Of a stretch of DNA of 64,000 nt, positions 1 to 9,103 are shown piece by piece. Under the pieces are notes generated by a model. The model did no database searches, was not told the origin of the DNA, and was given only the letters and a program-made list of their open reading frames with translations. The stretch covers positions 3,008 through 67,007 of the forward strand of contig JACCTH010000043.1 in assembly GCA_013812505.1 (NCBI GenBank), in the 5' to 3' direction. The stretch comes from Acidimicrobiia bacterium. Lineage in GTDB: Bacteria; Actinomycetota; Acidimicrobiia; Spongiisociales; ZC4RG35. The translations under genes were made by a program, and so were the position numbers. Each line of letters starts with the position of its first letter. Positions within the stretch are counted from its first letter, which is position 1.

Positions 1-303
1 GTTGAAGAAGCTCACCTCCATGTCGGAAGTTCCGTCGCTCACTTTCATGCTGACGATCGACATATTGCGCTTGGGGCGGCGAATCGAGACCGATGTGACC
101 GTGGCCAGAAGCGTCACCTCCTCGCCTATGGGAGCAAGTGCCAGAGGCTCGATGCGGGAGCGGTCGAGATACCTTCGCGGGACGTGCAGCAAGAGGTCGG
201 CGACGGTGAGCAGCCCATTGCGACGCAGAATGTCGCCGGTCGGTCCCGACAGACCGCGAACGTTCTCAATCCCAATCGTCGCCAACTTGGCCAGCGTTGC
301 CAC
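1..303 (-). CDS. recG: ATP-dependent DNA helicase RecG, N-terminal part (gene runs off the window start)
   Basis: Not in the ORF track because it is open-ended. Minus-strand translation from GTG at 303 reads VATLAKLATIGIENVRGLSGPTGDILRRNGLLTVADLLLHVPRRYLDRSRIEPLALAPIGEEVTLLATVTSVSIRR. The LLxHxPRRYxDR motif followed by a wedge/OB-like segment is the typical RecG N-terminus. Divergent from rpmB. Start codon uncertain. Confidence 0.7.
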   Translation of the reverse strand, partial: MATLAKLATIGIENVRGLSGPTGDILRRNGLLTVADLLLHVPRRYLDRSRIEPLALAPIGEEVTLLATVTSVSIRRPKRNMSIVSMKVSDGTSDMEVSFFN

Positions 304-337
304 AAGCCAAAGGTAACGGGCTAATCTTGCGACTTCT

Positions 338-526
338 ATGTCCTACCGCTGTGAAGTGTGCGGCAAGGAGCCGAGCTACGGGAACACCGTTAGCTTTTCG
401 CATAAGCGCAACAACCGGCGCTGGCTCCCCAACATCCAAATCGTCCGCGTCAAACATGGCTCGAACACGCGTCGAGCCCGCATTTGCACGTCGTGCATTC
501 GGGCAGGAAAGGCCGAAAAGGTCTGA
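338..526 (+). CDS. rpmB: 50S ribosomal protein L28 (Cys-containing form)
   Basis: 62 aa, MSYRCEVCGKEPSYGNTVSFSHKRNNRRWLPNIQ. This is the L28 core (GNxVSxSxxxxxRRxxPNxQ) with CxxC near the N-terminus and CTSC near the C-terminus. Confidence 0.93.
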   Translation: MSYRCEVCGKEPSYGNTVSFSHKRNNRRWLPNIQIVRVKHGSNTRRARICTSCIRAGKAEKV

Positions 527-529
527 TTC

Positions 530-742
530 GTGCAGGGTGTCGTCAAGATTTACGACCCCGTCACCGGTGCCGGCGTGATCGTTCGTGACGATGACCGTTC
601 CGAGGTTTTTCTAAGACCCGGCTCGTTGGCCGGGTCGATCTTTCGCAGCCTTCGCCAAGGGCAGCGCATCGTTTTCGAGGTCGACGACTCAAGCGGCCAA
701 CCCTTTGCCACCACCGTTCGCATCGGCTCGGACGGCTACTGA
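530..742 (+). CDS. Small cold-shock-domain-like OB-fold protein
   Basis: 70 aa. GVVKIYDPVTGAGVIVRDD..EVFLRPGSL..FRSLRQGQRIVFEV follows the CSD layout. GTG start lies 4 nt after the rpmB stop. Confidence 0.55.
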   Translation: MQGVVKIYDPVTGAGVIVRDDDRSEVFLRPGSLAGSIFRSLRQGQRIVFEVDDSSGQPFATTVRIGSDGY

Positions 743-750
743 CCTGTCGG

Positions 751-774
751 CCGACGCGGCGAAAGCCCCGTCGG
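751..774 (+). terminator. Candidate stem-loop after the CSD-like gene
   Basis: ccgacg-cggcgaaagcc-c-cgtcgg: 6-bp outer stem plus inner ggc-GAAA-gcc. No clear U-tract follows. Confidence 0.3.
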
Positions 775-805
775 TATAGTCGCAGCAGGGTTCCCTAACG
801 ACCGT

Positions 806-811
806 AGGAGG
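806..811 (+). promoter_or_regulatory. Shine-Dalgarno AGGAGG for the GTG start at 816
   Basis: taGGAGGtctcGTG; 4-nt spacing to the start codon. Confidence 0.5.
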
Positions 812-815
812 TCTC

Positions 816-1049
816 GTGGTTCAGGCATTCGTGCTAATCCAGACCGAGGTTGGCAAAGCCGCCAACGTCGCCGAGCAGGTCCGGACTATTCAAGGGGTCG
901 AGTCGGCGGATGACGTCACCGGTCCCTACGACGTGATCGTCAAAGCCGAAGCGGCGGACGTCGATGCTCTCGGCAAGCTGGTCGTCTCCAAGATCCAGTC
1001 GATCGAAGGCATCACGCGGACGCTCACCTGCCCGGTGGTCCACCTCTAA
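816..1049 (+). CDS. Lrp/AsnC ligand-binding (RAM) domain-only protein
   Basis: 77 aa. AFVLIQTEVGKAANVAEQVRTIQGVESADDVTGPYDVIVKAEA..LGKLVVSKIQSIEGITRT matches the stand-alone AsnC-type effector domain pattern. Confidence 0.7.
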   Translation: MVQAFVLIQTEVGKAANVAEQVRTIQGVESADDVTGPYDVIVKAEAADVDALGKLVVSKIQSIEGITRTLTCPVVHL

Positions 1050-1108
1050 TCATCCCTGCGTAAAAAACCCCGGGATTAAGGGCGCAGATTTACGCAAGAA
1101 TGGGATTG

Positions 1109-2176
1109 TTAAGCCAGTTTGCTTTGGATCGTTCCCGCGTTGCGGAGCGCAGAGCCGTCGGCGCCAGCTATCGAGAAGCGACGCGTTGGCCGGTTTAGGG
1201 CTTCTTCGATCATGCCTCGGAACAAGTCGAGTCGGCTGAGCTTGGGGTCGATCCAGAGGTAGGCGGCCATCGACCCGGGGATGGTGTTGACCTCGTTGAC
1301 AAACACCTCGCCGTTGCGTTCGAGGAAGTCAATCCGGCAGATCCCGCGCAGGCCCGCGGCGAGCGTCACCGAGGCGGCCAGTTGACGAAGCCGGTTCTCG
1401 GTGTGGGCGTCCATTTGCGCTGGAAGTTGGCGACCGCCGCTTACCTCGCCACCCCAGGCCAAGTATTTCTGGCTGTACGAATAGATCCCGCTCCCGCTCC
1501 GCACGGGCTCCTCGATCGCCGAGAGCTCGGTCGAAGGCCAGGTACGAACCGCGACCTGCAGATCGCGGCTATCGGCCAGGAAAATCTCAGCGACCCCGCC
1601 TGACCAATAGAACGGCGAGGTCTGCACGAGCGCCAAAGCCGTCTCCCAATCCTCGACCACCTCGATCCCGATCGAGGAACCGCCGAAACGGGGTTTGCAG
1701 ATAAATGGTCCGTCAAAGCCAGGTTGCGCGTTGGCCGACACGAGAACCCGAGGGAGCGTTGGCATGCCGGCCGCGGCCATCGCCGCGCCGAACGCGAGCT
1801 TGTCCATCCCCAGCGCCGACGCCGCCTGACCTGGACCGGTGTAGCGCAGCCCGGCGAGGTCGAAGATCCCTTGCAGGGTGCCGTCCTCGCCGGGACCGCC
1901 GTGACAGCAAACGACCACCGCGCTGACCGCGATCGGTTTCTTGCTGACGAATCCCTGTCCGGGAGACGCAATTAGCTGCACCGCTCTCGACTTCCGCGGA
2001 GGGCCGTCGACAAAGTCTCGGGCCTCCGAGTCGGCGTCGACCTGGAACCAATCGCCACCTTTGGTCCAGTAGAACGCCTCGACATCAGAAAGCGCATGGG
2101 CGGCCTGCAAGCCGGTGAGGATCGAGATGTCGTGCTCGTCGGAAGGTCCTCCGAAGACGACCGCGGGCCGGCTCAT
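1109..2176 (-). CDS. ddl: D-alanine--D-alanine ligase-type ATP-grasp enzyme
   Basis: 355 aa. N-terminus VVFGGPSDEHDISILTG and C-terminus RIDFL...GEVFVNEVNTIPG are classic Ddl signatures. Confidence 0.85.
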   Translation of the reverse strand: MSRPAVVFGGPSDEHDISILTGLQAAHALSDVEAFYWTKGGDWFQVDADSEARDFVDGPPRKSRAVQLIASPGQGFVSKKPIAVSAVVVCCHGGPGEDGTLQGIFDLAGLRYTGPGQAASALGMDKLAFGAAMAAAGMPTLPRVLVSANAQPGFDGPFICKPRFGGSSIGIEVVEDWETALALVQTSPFYWSGGVAEIFLADSRDLQVAVRTWPSTELSAIEEPVRSGSGIYSYSQKYLAWGGEVSGGRQLPAQMDAHTENRLRQLAASVTLAAGLRGICRIDFLERNGEVFVNEVNTIPGSMAAYLWIDPKLSRLDLFRGMIEEALNRPTRRFSIAGADGSALRNAGTIQSKLA

Positions 2177-2182
2177 GTGGGT

Positions 2183-3673
2183 TTATGGATAATGGTCGGG
2201 AAGGTCGTTTTCATAGAGGACGGCGTCGCCGGGTCCGAGGTTGGCGCGAACCCATTCCACCGCTTGCGATCGAGAATCGACCACGGTAACGAGGGCGCGC
2301 CCGGTTTCTGCTCCTTCGATCAGGGCCCGTCGGTTGGTCCGGCCCACGACGACGAGGTCGGTCGCTTCATAGGCCGCCTCGGCAGCGAATGACCTGTTGG
2401 CCAGGCTCTGCTTATCGCCGAGCTCGACCATCCCTGGGGTCACCACCACCCGTCGACCGTCGCCGTCAACGGCCAACAGCCTCTCCAGCGCTGCTCTGGC
2501 CCCGGCAGGGTTCGAGTTGTAGGTGTCGTCAATGACAGTCACACCACGATCGGAAACCGAGAAATGTCGCCGGTGGGCCGTGGTCGGCAGATCGGGCAAC
2601 CGACCGACGATGTGATCGACAGACGTTCCCAGCGCGCGCGCCGCACCGATCGCGCAGGCAAGGTTGGCCGCGAACACCTCGGCGCCAACGATTCCGACTT
2701 CTCGCTCGTCGATCCAGACCGATCCGTCGACAACGGCAACATTCGCTCCCCGGTCGAGGGCGGAGCATCTCACCACGTCACCGCCGAAGCGGCTTGCAAG
2801 CTCGGCCAACAACGGATGGTCGACATTCAGCACGGCGACCTTGGCGTCAGCCAGGATTTCGGACTTCGCAGCTGCGATCTTCTCTTCGCTGCCGAATCTT
2901 TCGAGATGAACCGGGCCAATCGAGGTGATCACCGCGATCCCGGGTGGAGCCAGCGAGCAGAGGTCGGCGATCTCGCCCGGGCCGTAGGTCCCCATCTCGG
3001 CGACAAAGACGTCGGTCCCCGAGGCAACTTGTTCGTTGATGGCCCGAGCGATGCCGAGGCGGTTGTTGAACGATGCCGGAGTGAGCACCGTGGCTTTGAA
3101 GCCGGCCAGCAGATGACCGAGGTAGGCCTTGGTGGTGGTCTTGCCGTAGCTCCCGGTGATTCCGACGACACGGGCACCGCTCGCCTTGAGGCGTTCCCTC
3201 GCCTTCGTCACCCATTTCTCGCCCAGGCGACGCTCGATCGGCTGGACCAACCACAATCCGGCATCGATCAACAGAGGCAGTCCCACTACAGCCGCCAACG
3301 CCGGTCCCGGGTGGCCTATGGCCGCTGACCCGACGATAAGAGGCGCGACCAAAAGGCCGGTGAGGATTGCCAAGCGCCGCAGCCGCCCCGTCCAGGCGAG
3401 CTGGGAGGTGCGACCCCTCCAGGACAGTCCTACTGGGGCGATCACTGCCAGCAATCCGAACCAAGCCAGGCGAGGTTCGAGGACGAATGATCCTGCCAGA
3501 CCAACGAGGGCCAGCAATCCTAAGGCTTGGTTGAGCGAAGAAACCTTCCACCACCGCCAGGCGAATCGACTCGCGGCCGCCGGGAGATAGTGCTCCCGTT
3601 GGGCGACCCGGAACCAACGAATCGAGGCGAGCGCCGCCCCGACACAAGCACCGACCAGCGCCAGCCAGATCAT
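2183..3673 (-). CDS. MurF-like Mur ligase with an N-terminal multi-TM region replacing the usual soluble N-domain
   Basis: 496 aa. Motifs GITGSYGKTTTK, VAEMGTYGPGEI, ITSIGPVHLERFGS, DDTYNSNP and TPGMVELG are MurF-type. The first ~150 aa are five hydrophobic segments. ATGA overlap with the upstream hydrolase gene. Confidence 0.75.
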   Translation of the reverse strand: MIWLALVGACVGAALASIRWFRVAQREHYLPAAASRFAWRWWKVSSLNQALGLLALVGLAGSFVLEPRLAWFGLLAVIAPVGLSWRGRTSQLAWTGRLRRLAILTGLLVAPLIVGSAAIGHPGPALAAVVGLPLLIDAGLWLVQPIERRLGEKWVTKARERLKASGARVVGITGSYGKTTTKAYLGHLLAGFKATVLTPASFNNRLGIARAINEQVASGTDVFVAEMGTYGPGEIADLCSLAPPGIAVITSIGPVHLERFGSEEKIAAAKSEILADAKVAVLNVDHPLLAELASRFGGDVVRCSALDRGANVAVVDGSVWIDEREVGIVGAEVFAANLACAIGAARALGTSVDHIVGRLPDLPTTAHRRHFSVSDRGVTVIDDTYNSNPAGARAALERLLAVDGDGRRVVVTPGMVELGDKQSLANRSFAAEAAYEATDLVVVGRTNRRALIEGAETGRALVTVVDSRSQAVEWVRANLGPGDAVLYENDLPDHYP

Positions 3674-4389
3674 CTGCGAAGCGACTCGACTGCTCGGCGG
3701 AGCTCTTCCGGGTGACTAAGTGGCAAGAGATGACCGGCGCCTTTGACCACGCGGAGATCGGCCTGAGGGATAACGGCTGCCGCCGCCTCGGCGACGGTCA
3801 ACGGCACCTCGCGATCGTCCGCGCCCCAAAGCAACACCACCGGCGGCTTGAGACGAGGAAGAAGCTCGGCGTAATCGTCGTTAACGGCCTTAACCAAAAT
3901 CTCGCGCATCACGCCCGTCGCTGCTCGATAGTCGGTGGAGCCATAACGCTGCCGCAAGGTCTCGATAGCCGAGTCCGGGAGCAGCTTGCGACGGTGGGCC
4001 CAACGTGTCAGCCGGTAAAGCAGCGGCGGCCGGCTCGGCGTTGTCGTTCTTATCAACGGAACGCCGGTGAGCACCAGTCCTGCGAAACGGTCGGGGTGAT
4101 TGGCCGCCAAGACGGCGGCGATCCGGCCACCGAACGAATGGCCGATCAGAATCGGCTCTGAGCCGAGCGAGTCGAGCAACGGCTCCAAGAGGGAGGCGTA
4201 GCCGTCAACCCCGATTGCCGCCGCGGGTTCCGGTGAGGCGCCAAATCCGGGCAGATCCGGGGCGAGGTACCCCAGCCCATTGAGCGCAACCCTGAAATCA
4301 GAGCCCCGCCGGGCCCAGCCATGGAGAGCAAGGATCCGCGGATCCCCCTCGACCACAGCAAAAATCGACCCAAAGGCCCTTAAGGCCAA
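3670..4389 (-). CDS. Alpha/beta-fold hydrolase
   Basis: 239 aa. ILALHGWARRGSDF and the nucleophile elbow GHSFGG. Start is TTG at 4389 or an internal GTG, uncertain. Confidence 0.75.
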   Translation of the reverse strand: MALRAFGSIFAVVEGDPRILALHGWARRGSDFRVALNGLGYLAPDLPGFGASPEPAAAIGVDGYASLLEPLLDSLGSEPILIGHSFGGRIAAVLAANHPDRFAGLVLTGVPLIRTTTPSRPPLLYRLTRWAHRRKLLPDSAIETLRQRYGSTDYRAATGVMREILVKAVNDDYAELLPRLKPPVVLLWGADDREVPLTVAEAAAAVIPQADLRVVKGAGHLLPLSHPEELRRAVESLRR

Positions 4390-4435
4390 GAGAACCGCTC
4401 GAGGATTGGCTCCTCCCTCGCCGGGGAGTTACTCA

Positions 4436-6289
4436 ATGACCGGGCCACAGAGGTCGAGAATACAGATGAACCCCTACCCGAAAAGGCCAACAGTTCCTGC
4501 CCCGACATCTGACGTAGCCCCCGTGTGGCGCTTCCGGGCTGCCGCGATGAAGCGGTCGGTCGCTTTGGCATGGGTGGTCTTGGTGATTTTGGCCGCACAG
4601 GCCGTCCGCGAAGGGGCCTTCGTCTACCTAGGGCTGTCCCTATCGGTCGTCCTGATGGCGATCGTGCTCATCGCCTCCTCGTTGCTCGATTGGCAGCGAA
4701 TCATGCCAACGAATAGCGGACCATGGGCAACGCTTGCCTGGATCGGAACAATCATTGTGTGCCTGATCGTCATCGGCTCGCCCAAGGAGATGCAAACCCT
4801 CGCCTCCCCCATGTTCTTTGGGCTGGTCGCCCTGAGTGGGCTGGTCCTCGACCGGGTCAAGCATGTCATCGTGAGCGTGCTAGCTGTCGCGGGACTCGGA
4901 TTTCTGTCGTTTCTCGCCGCGACCCAGGTGGCGACGCTGCTCGTCCAGATCTTCTCTGTGGTGGTAGTCGCGACGGCCACTGCCTTGATGGGGTATGAGT
5001 TCGAGCAAGAATCCGTGCGGAGCGCGCGCCGCCTGACCGACCTCCAGCGCCAACGCGCCGACTTCGAGAGGCTCTACGCGGTCTCAACGACCCTCGCCGG
5101 CGCCGATTCTCTTGCAGAAGTCCTCCCCGAGTTAGTCGGGCGTATATGCAACTACCTCAATGCGCAGGTGGGGGTGGTGATGCTTTATGTGCCCGACACC
5201 CACGAGTTGCGTTTGATGAACCCGCTCTGGGTCAGCGGCTACCCGGTCGAAGCCGGCGATTTCACCGTGCCGGTAAGTACCGGTGGGGTGCTGGCCCAGG
5301 TCTTCAAATCGGGAAAGCCCCTCCACCTCGACCGTATTTCTGATCGACCGGACGCATTCGGCATCCTCGGCGAACTGGGTCTAACCGAGGCGATCCTGGC
5401 TCCCTTGCGAGTGGAGCAATTCAAGGTCGGGGTGATCGCGGTGGGCGATCCTGCTGCCGGCACTTTCGGCGAGGAACAGGCCGAAGCGCTCTCCTCGCTC
5501 GGCGCCCCGGCGGCGTTGGTCCTTAGCCAGCTGGGCAGATACGAGGCGGTGGCCGAGATGACGAGACGGCTCGAGGAAGTGGCGCAGATGAAGACCGACT
5601 TCGTCTCCGTGGTCAGCCACGAGTTGCGCACACCGTTGACCTCGATCATCGGATCGCTCGACACCGTTGCTCGGCCGGAGCTAGCACCCGGGTCCGAAGC
5701 GGCGAGGAACCTGCTCAGCACGGCGCGGCGTCAGGCCGGGCGCCTGCAGCGACTGATCGAAGACCTTCTCATCGTCAGCCGCCTAGAGAGGAATGCGGTC
5801 CCGATTCAACTCGAGAAGGTCGTGCTGGAAACTTTCTTGGCGGACGTTGTTGGCGCGCTGCAAATTGCACAGGTCCAGATCGATGTCGAGCCCGCCGACC
5901 TAACTGTGCTATCCGACCCCGATCACCTCGATCGCATCTTTCTCAACCTGCTCGAGAACGCAGTGAAGTACGCGCCCGACAGCCCGGTTGAGGTGAAGGC
6001 AATCGCCTTGGCTAATCGGGTGGAAGTGTCTGTGATCGATCATGGATTTGGCATCCCGGCCGGCCAACGCGAACGGATCTTTCATCGCTTCACCCAGCTC
6101 GAAGGCTCGGCGACCCGCACCCGCGGAGGCACCGGTCTGGGCCTGAACATCGTCAAAGGGTTGGCGGAAGCGATGAAAGGCGGAGTCGAAATGCGCGACA
6201 CCTCCGGCGGCGGCGCCACCTTCGTGGTGACCTTGCCTCGCACCGCGCCGGTGCCTCTGGCCGCGGCGGCGAACTACTCGAGCTACTAG
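4436..6289 (+). CDS. Membrane sensor histidine kinase with GAF domain
   Basis: H-box SHELRTPLTSI, N-box LLENAVKYAP, G-boxes DHGFGIP and GTGLGLNIV. Multi-TM N-terminal half, GAF-like middle. The ORF-track start 4280 overlaps the divergent hydrolase, so I use ATG 4436. ATG 4466 or 4547 are also possible. Confidence 0.85.
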   Translation: MTGPQRSRIQMNPYPKRPTVPAPTSDVAPVWRFRAAAMKRSVALAWVVLVILAAQAVREGAFVYLGLSLSVVLMAIVLIASSLLDWQRIMPTNSGPWATLAWIGTIIVCLIVIGSPKEMQTLASPMFFGLVALSGLVLDRVKHVIVSVLAVAGLGFLSFLAATQVATLLVQIFSVVVVATATALMGYEFEQESVRSARRLTDLQRQRADFERLYAVSTTLAGADSLAEVLPELVGRICNYLNAQVGVVMLYVPDTHELRLMNPLWVSGYPVEAGDFTVPVSTGGVLAQVFKSGKPLHLDRISDRPDAFGILGELGLTEAILAPLRVEQFKVGVIAVGDPAAGTFGEEQAEALSSLGAPAALVLSQLGRYEAVAEMTRRLEEVAQMKTDFVSVVSHELRTPLTSIIGSLDTVARPELAPGSEAARNLLSTARRQAGRLQRLIEDLLIVSRLERNAVPIQLEKVVLETFLADVVGALQIAQVQIDVEPADLTVLSDPDHLDRIFLNLLENAVKYAPDSPVEVKAIALANRVEVSVIDHGFGIPAGQRERIFHRFTQLEGSATRTRGGTGLGLNIVKGLAEAMKGGVEMRDTSGGGATFVVTLPRTAPVPLAAAANYSSY

Positions 6290-7080
6290 GAGCTCTCGCC
6301 TTTCGTCGGGGGAGCGGAGATGGCATGGAATCCACCATCGACGTGGATCACCTCGCCAGTGGTCAACGGGGCCCAGTCGGAGAGAAGGACGCAGATCATC
6401 TTCGCTACCGCCTCCGGGTTGGAGGAATCCCACGGGAGCGGAGCTCTTTCGGCCCAGGTGTCGTGCAGATGGTCGAACCCGGGAATCGACTTGGCGGCGA
6501 CGGTCCGAAGCGGCCCGGCCGAGACCAGATTGACCCTCACCTGATGCTGGCCGAGGTCGCGAGCGAGGTAGCGGCAGACTGATTGCAGCGCCGACTTGGC
6601 CACTCCCATCCAGTCGTATGCGGGCCAGGCCGTGCGGTTGTCGAAGTCGAGTCCCACCAGCGCTCCTCCGCCGGCCTTTTGCAGTAGCGGAAGCACGCCC
6701 ACCGCCAGCGTCTTGAACGAAAACGCCGAGGTGAGAAAGGCGGTTGCGGCGGATTCGGCTGGAGTGTTGAGAAAGTTGCCCCCGAGGGCGTCGGCCGGGG
6801 CGTAGGCGATGGCATGGAGGGCGCCGTCGAGGCTCCCCCATCGTTGCTCGAGATCGCCCACCACCGCGGTGACGTCGGCTGGCTCGTTGATGTCGAGCTC
6901 GAGAACTGGCGGTGGAGTCGGCAGCCTCTGCACGGCCCGCTCAGTCAGGCGCATCGCCCGCCCGAAACCCGTCACCACGATCTCCGCCCCTTGCTCCTGC
7001 GCCACCCGGGCGGCGGAAAAGGCGATCGAGTCGTCGGTGGTGATCCCGGTGATCAAAAGCCGCTTCCCCGCTAGCAACAT
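6286..7080 (-). CDS. fabI: Enoyl-ACP reductase (NADH), InhA/FabI type
   Basis: MLLAGKRLLITGITTDDSIAFSAARVAQEQGAEIVVTGFGR is the InhA-like N-terminus. AAGGAG lies 6 nt upstream of ATG 7080. Confidence 0.9.
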   Translation of the reverse strand: MLLAGKRLLITGITTDDSIAFSAARVAQEQGAEIVVTGFGRAMRLTERAVQRLPTPPPVLELDINEPADVTAVVGDLEQRWGSLDGALHAIAYAPADALGGNFLNTPAESAATAFLTSAFSFKTLAVGVLPLLQKAGGGALVGLDFDNRTAWPAYDWMGVAKSALQSVCRYLARDLGQHQVRVNLVSAGPLRTVAAKSIPGFDHLHDTWAERAPLPWDSSNPEAVAKMICVLLSDWAPLTTGEVIHVDGGFHAISAPPTKGESS

Positions 7081-7096
7081 CAGGCGCTCCTTGTGC

Positions 7097-7462
7097 TCAA
7101 AAGTTCCCTCCAAAGGTCATGATCCCGCGGATTCCGAGGCCCATCAGGAAAAGCAGGAGCAATCCGTAGTAAAGACCAGGCTTGCGACGGAATTGGGCGC
7201 GGTAGATGTAGGCGAAGGTGAGGGTGAAGGAGATGACCACGCCGTAGAAGACGTGCTGGTTGCCCGGATCCTTGCTCTCGAAGTTCATCGCCCCCAGACC
7301 TAGCAACACCTGCAGCAACAGAGCCGTGATGGCGATAGCGACGATGATCCAAAAACCGCGACCGATTGGACGCTTCCGCCAATGGATCGCCAGCGCCACC
7401 AACCCGGCCAGACCCGTACTCGCGACCGCGACCCAGCCCCATGCCTGATGCAGCTCGCCCAA
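7097..7462 (-). CDS. Small integral membrane protein (about 3 TM)
   Basis: Hydrophobic segments WVAVASTGLAGLVALAI, FWIIVAIAITALLLQVLLGLG and LYYGLLLLFLMGLGI. The long ORF (to 7678) overlaps the fadD 3' end, so a TTG start near 7462 is assumed. Start uncertain. Confidence 0.5.
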   Translation of the reverse strand: MGELHQAWGWVAVASTGLAGLVALAIHWRKRPIGRGFWIIVAIAITALLLQVLLGLGAMNFESKDPGNQHVFYGVVISFTLTFAYIYRAQFRRKPGLYYGLLLLFLMGLGIRGIMTFGGNF

Positions 7463-7470
7463 ACCGGCAA

Positions 7471-9084
7471 CTAGCCCATGAGAAGGTCGGCGTACTGATC
7501 GCGTACCACCTTCTTGTCGAACTTGCCGGTCCCGGTCTTGGGGATGGCCTCGATGAAGACCACCTTGTCCGGCAGCCACCACTTGGCGACTTTGTCGGCG
7601 AGGAATCCGACCAGCTCCTCCTGATCGGCGTTGGCGTTGGGCCGCAAGACCACAAAGGCCACCGGACGCTCGTCCCATTTGGCGTGCTTCAGCCCGACCA
7701 CGGTCGCTTCGGCGACTGCCGGGTGGGCCATCAGCGTGTTCTCGAGGTCAAGAGAGGAGATCCACTCGCCGCCTGATTTGATGACATCTTTGGCGCGGTC
7801 GGTGATCTTGATGTAGCCCTCGGGGGTGATCTTGCAGACGTCACCGGTCCGCATCCAGCCATCCTGGAAAGTCTGTGCCGATCGGGCGTCTCGGTAGTAC
7901 TCGGCGGCAATCCAGGGGCCGCGAATCAACAGCTCACCGAAGGCCTCGCCATCTTCTGGGAGCCGGTTTCCCTCGTCGTCGACAATCTTCACCTGCAGAC
8001 CGGCGGCGGGCAGACCCGCTGTTTCCAAGACGTCGAGCTGCCGATCGAACTCCCAGTCGGCCATGTGCGGCTTCAGCATCGCCACCGACGCCACCGGGTT
8101 CGTCTCAGTCATGCCCCAGCCTTGCTTGATGAGAATGCTGCGATTCTTCCAGAACCAGTCGATCATCACGCGGGGAACCGCCGACCCGCCGCACAGGAAT
8201 CCGCGCATCGAGGAGAGGTCGGCCTCGGGGTGCTCACTCAGATAATGCATGATCCCCAACCAAACCGTCGGCACTCCCGCCGCGAACGTCACCCGCTCCT
8301 TCTCGAACAAGTTGACGAGGCCGGCCGGAGTGAGGTCGGGACCCGGGTAGGTGAGCTTGGCGCCCACCGCCGTGGCCATAAACGGATAGCCCCAGGCCGA
8401 GGCGTGGAACATCGGCACGACCGGAAGGACGTTGTCGTCCGCGGTAAGCGAAACCATCGCCAGGTTGGATATGGCATGGATGTACGTCGAGCGCTGGGTG
8501 TAGGCGACGCCTTTGGGGTTTCCGGTCGTTCCCGACGTGTAACAGAGCATCATCGGGGAACGCTCGTCAAGGAACGGCCACTCTCCCCAAGGCTCGGCTT
8601 CGTCGAGCAGATCCTCGTAGGCGATGGCATTCGGCAGCGAGGTGTCTCCGACCGAGTCACCCATCACGATGTAGTGACGGACGGTTTCCAAGTTCGGGGC
8701 GATCCGCTCCATCAGCGGAACGAGATCGGGATCGACGAACAAGGCGCCATCCTCAGCATGGTTGACGATGTAGGCGACCTGCTCAGGGAACAGCCGCAGG
8801 TTGATCGTGTGACAGATGCGGCCAGTGTTGGCGGTTGCCCAATAGAGCTCGTGGTGGCGGCGGTTGTTCCACGCGAAAGTGGCGATGGCCTGGCCTTGAT
8901 CGATTCCGAGGCGGTTCTGTAGCGCGCTCGCCAGCCGGCGAACTCGCCCATCAACCTCGCCGTAGTTGGTCCGGACCAGGCTGCGATCGGATTCCACCGA
9001 GACGATCTCTTGACCGGGATGAATCCGAACCGTCCGCTCGTAAAGGGTCGAAAGATTGAGGGGGAAGTCCATCATGTGCGTCAT
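7471..9084 (-). CDS. fadD: Fatty-acid--CoA ligase (AMP-binding superfamily)
   Basis: [14 protein letters not shown]-binding motif, GWMRTGD, and IKSGGEWIS near the C-terminus. AGGAG lies 6 nt upstream of ATG 9084 ([10 protein letters not shown]). Confidence 0.9.
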   Translation of the reverse strand: MTHMMDFPLNLSTLYERTVRIHPGQEIVSVESDRSLVRTNYGEVDGRVRRLASALQNRLGIDQGQAIATFAWNNRRHHELYWATANTGRICHTINLRLFPEQVAYIVNHAEDGALFVDPDLVPLMERIAPNLETVRHYIVMGDSVGDTSLPNAIAYEDLLDEAEPWGEWPFLDERSPMMLCYTSGTTGNPKGVAYTQRSTYIHAISNLAMVSLTADDNVLPVVPMFHASAWGYPFMATAVGAKLTYPGPDLTPAGLVNLFEKERVTFAAGVPTVWLGIMHYLSEHPEADLSSMRGFLCGGSAVPRVMIDWFWKNRSILIKQGWGMTETNPVASVAMLKPHMADWEFDRQLDVLETAGLPAAGLQVKIVDDEGNRLPEDGEAFGELLIRGPWIAAEYYRDARSAQTFQDGWMRTGDVCKITPEGYIKITDRAKDVIKSGGEWISSLDLENTLMAHPAVAEATVVGLKHAKWDERPVAFVVLRPNANADQEELVGFLADKVAKWWLPDKVVFIEAIPKTGTGKFDKKVVRDQYADLLMG

Positions 9085-9103
9085 CGGTGACTCCTGATCG
9101 GGT

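Noticed and set aside
2-316. 104-aa plus-strand ORF at the window start
   Set aside because: The opposite strand encodes a clear RecG N-terminus, and the plus-strand ORF has no motif.
2564-3328. Long shadow ORFs opposite real genes. Examples: 2564-3328(+), 5909-6841(-), 8065-8922(+), 18979-19713(-), 21365-22204(+), 28310-29344(-), 35878-36528(-), 40898-41887(+), 43211-44392(+), 44484-45566(+), 47954-49081(+), 50693-51700(+), 55514-56407(-), 56143-57087(-), 60598-61440(-), 63219-63983(-)
   Set aside because: They are typical high-GC antisense open frames. They are rich in R/G/P/A, carry no recognisable motifs, and each is fully covered by a strongly supported gene on the other strand.
7463-7678. 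N-terminal ~70 codons of the 193-aa ORF 7097-7678 and the parallel 191-aa ORF 7080-7655
   Set aside because: They overlap the fadD 3' end and are R/G/Q-rich. Only the hydrophobic C-terminal two thirds look like a real membrane protein.
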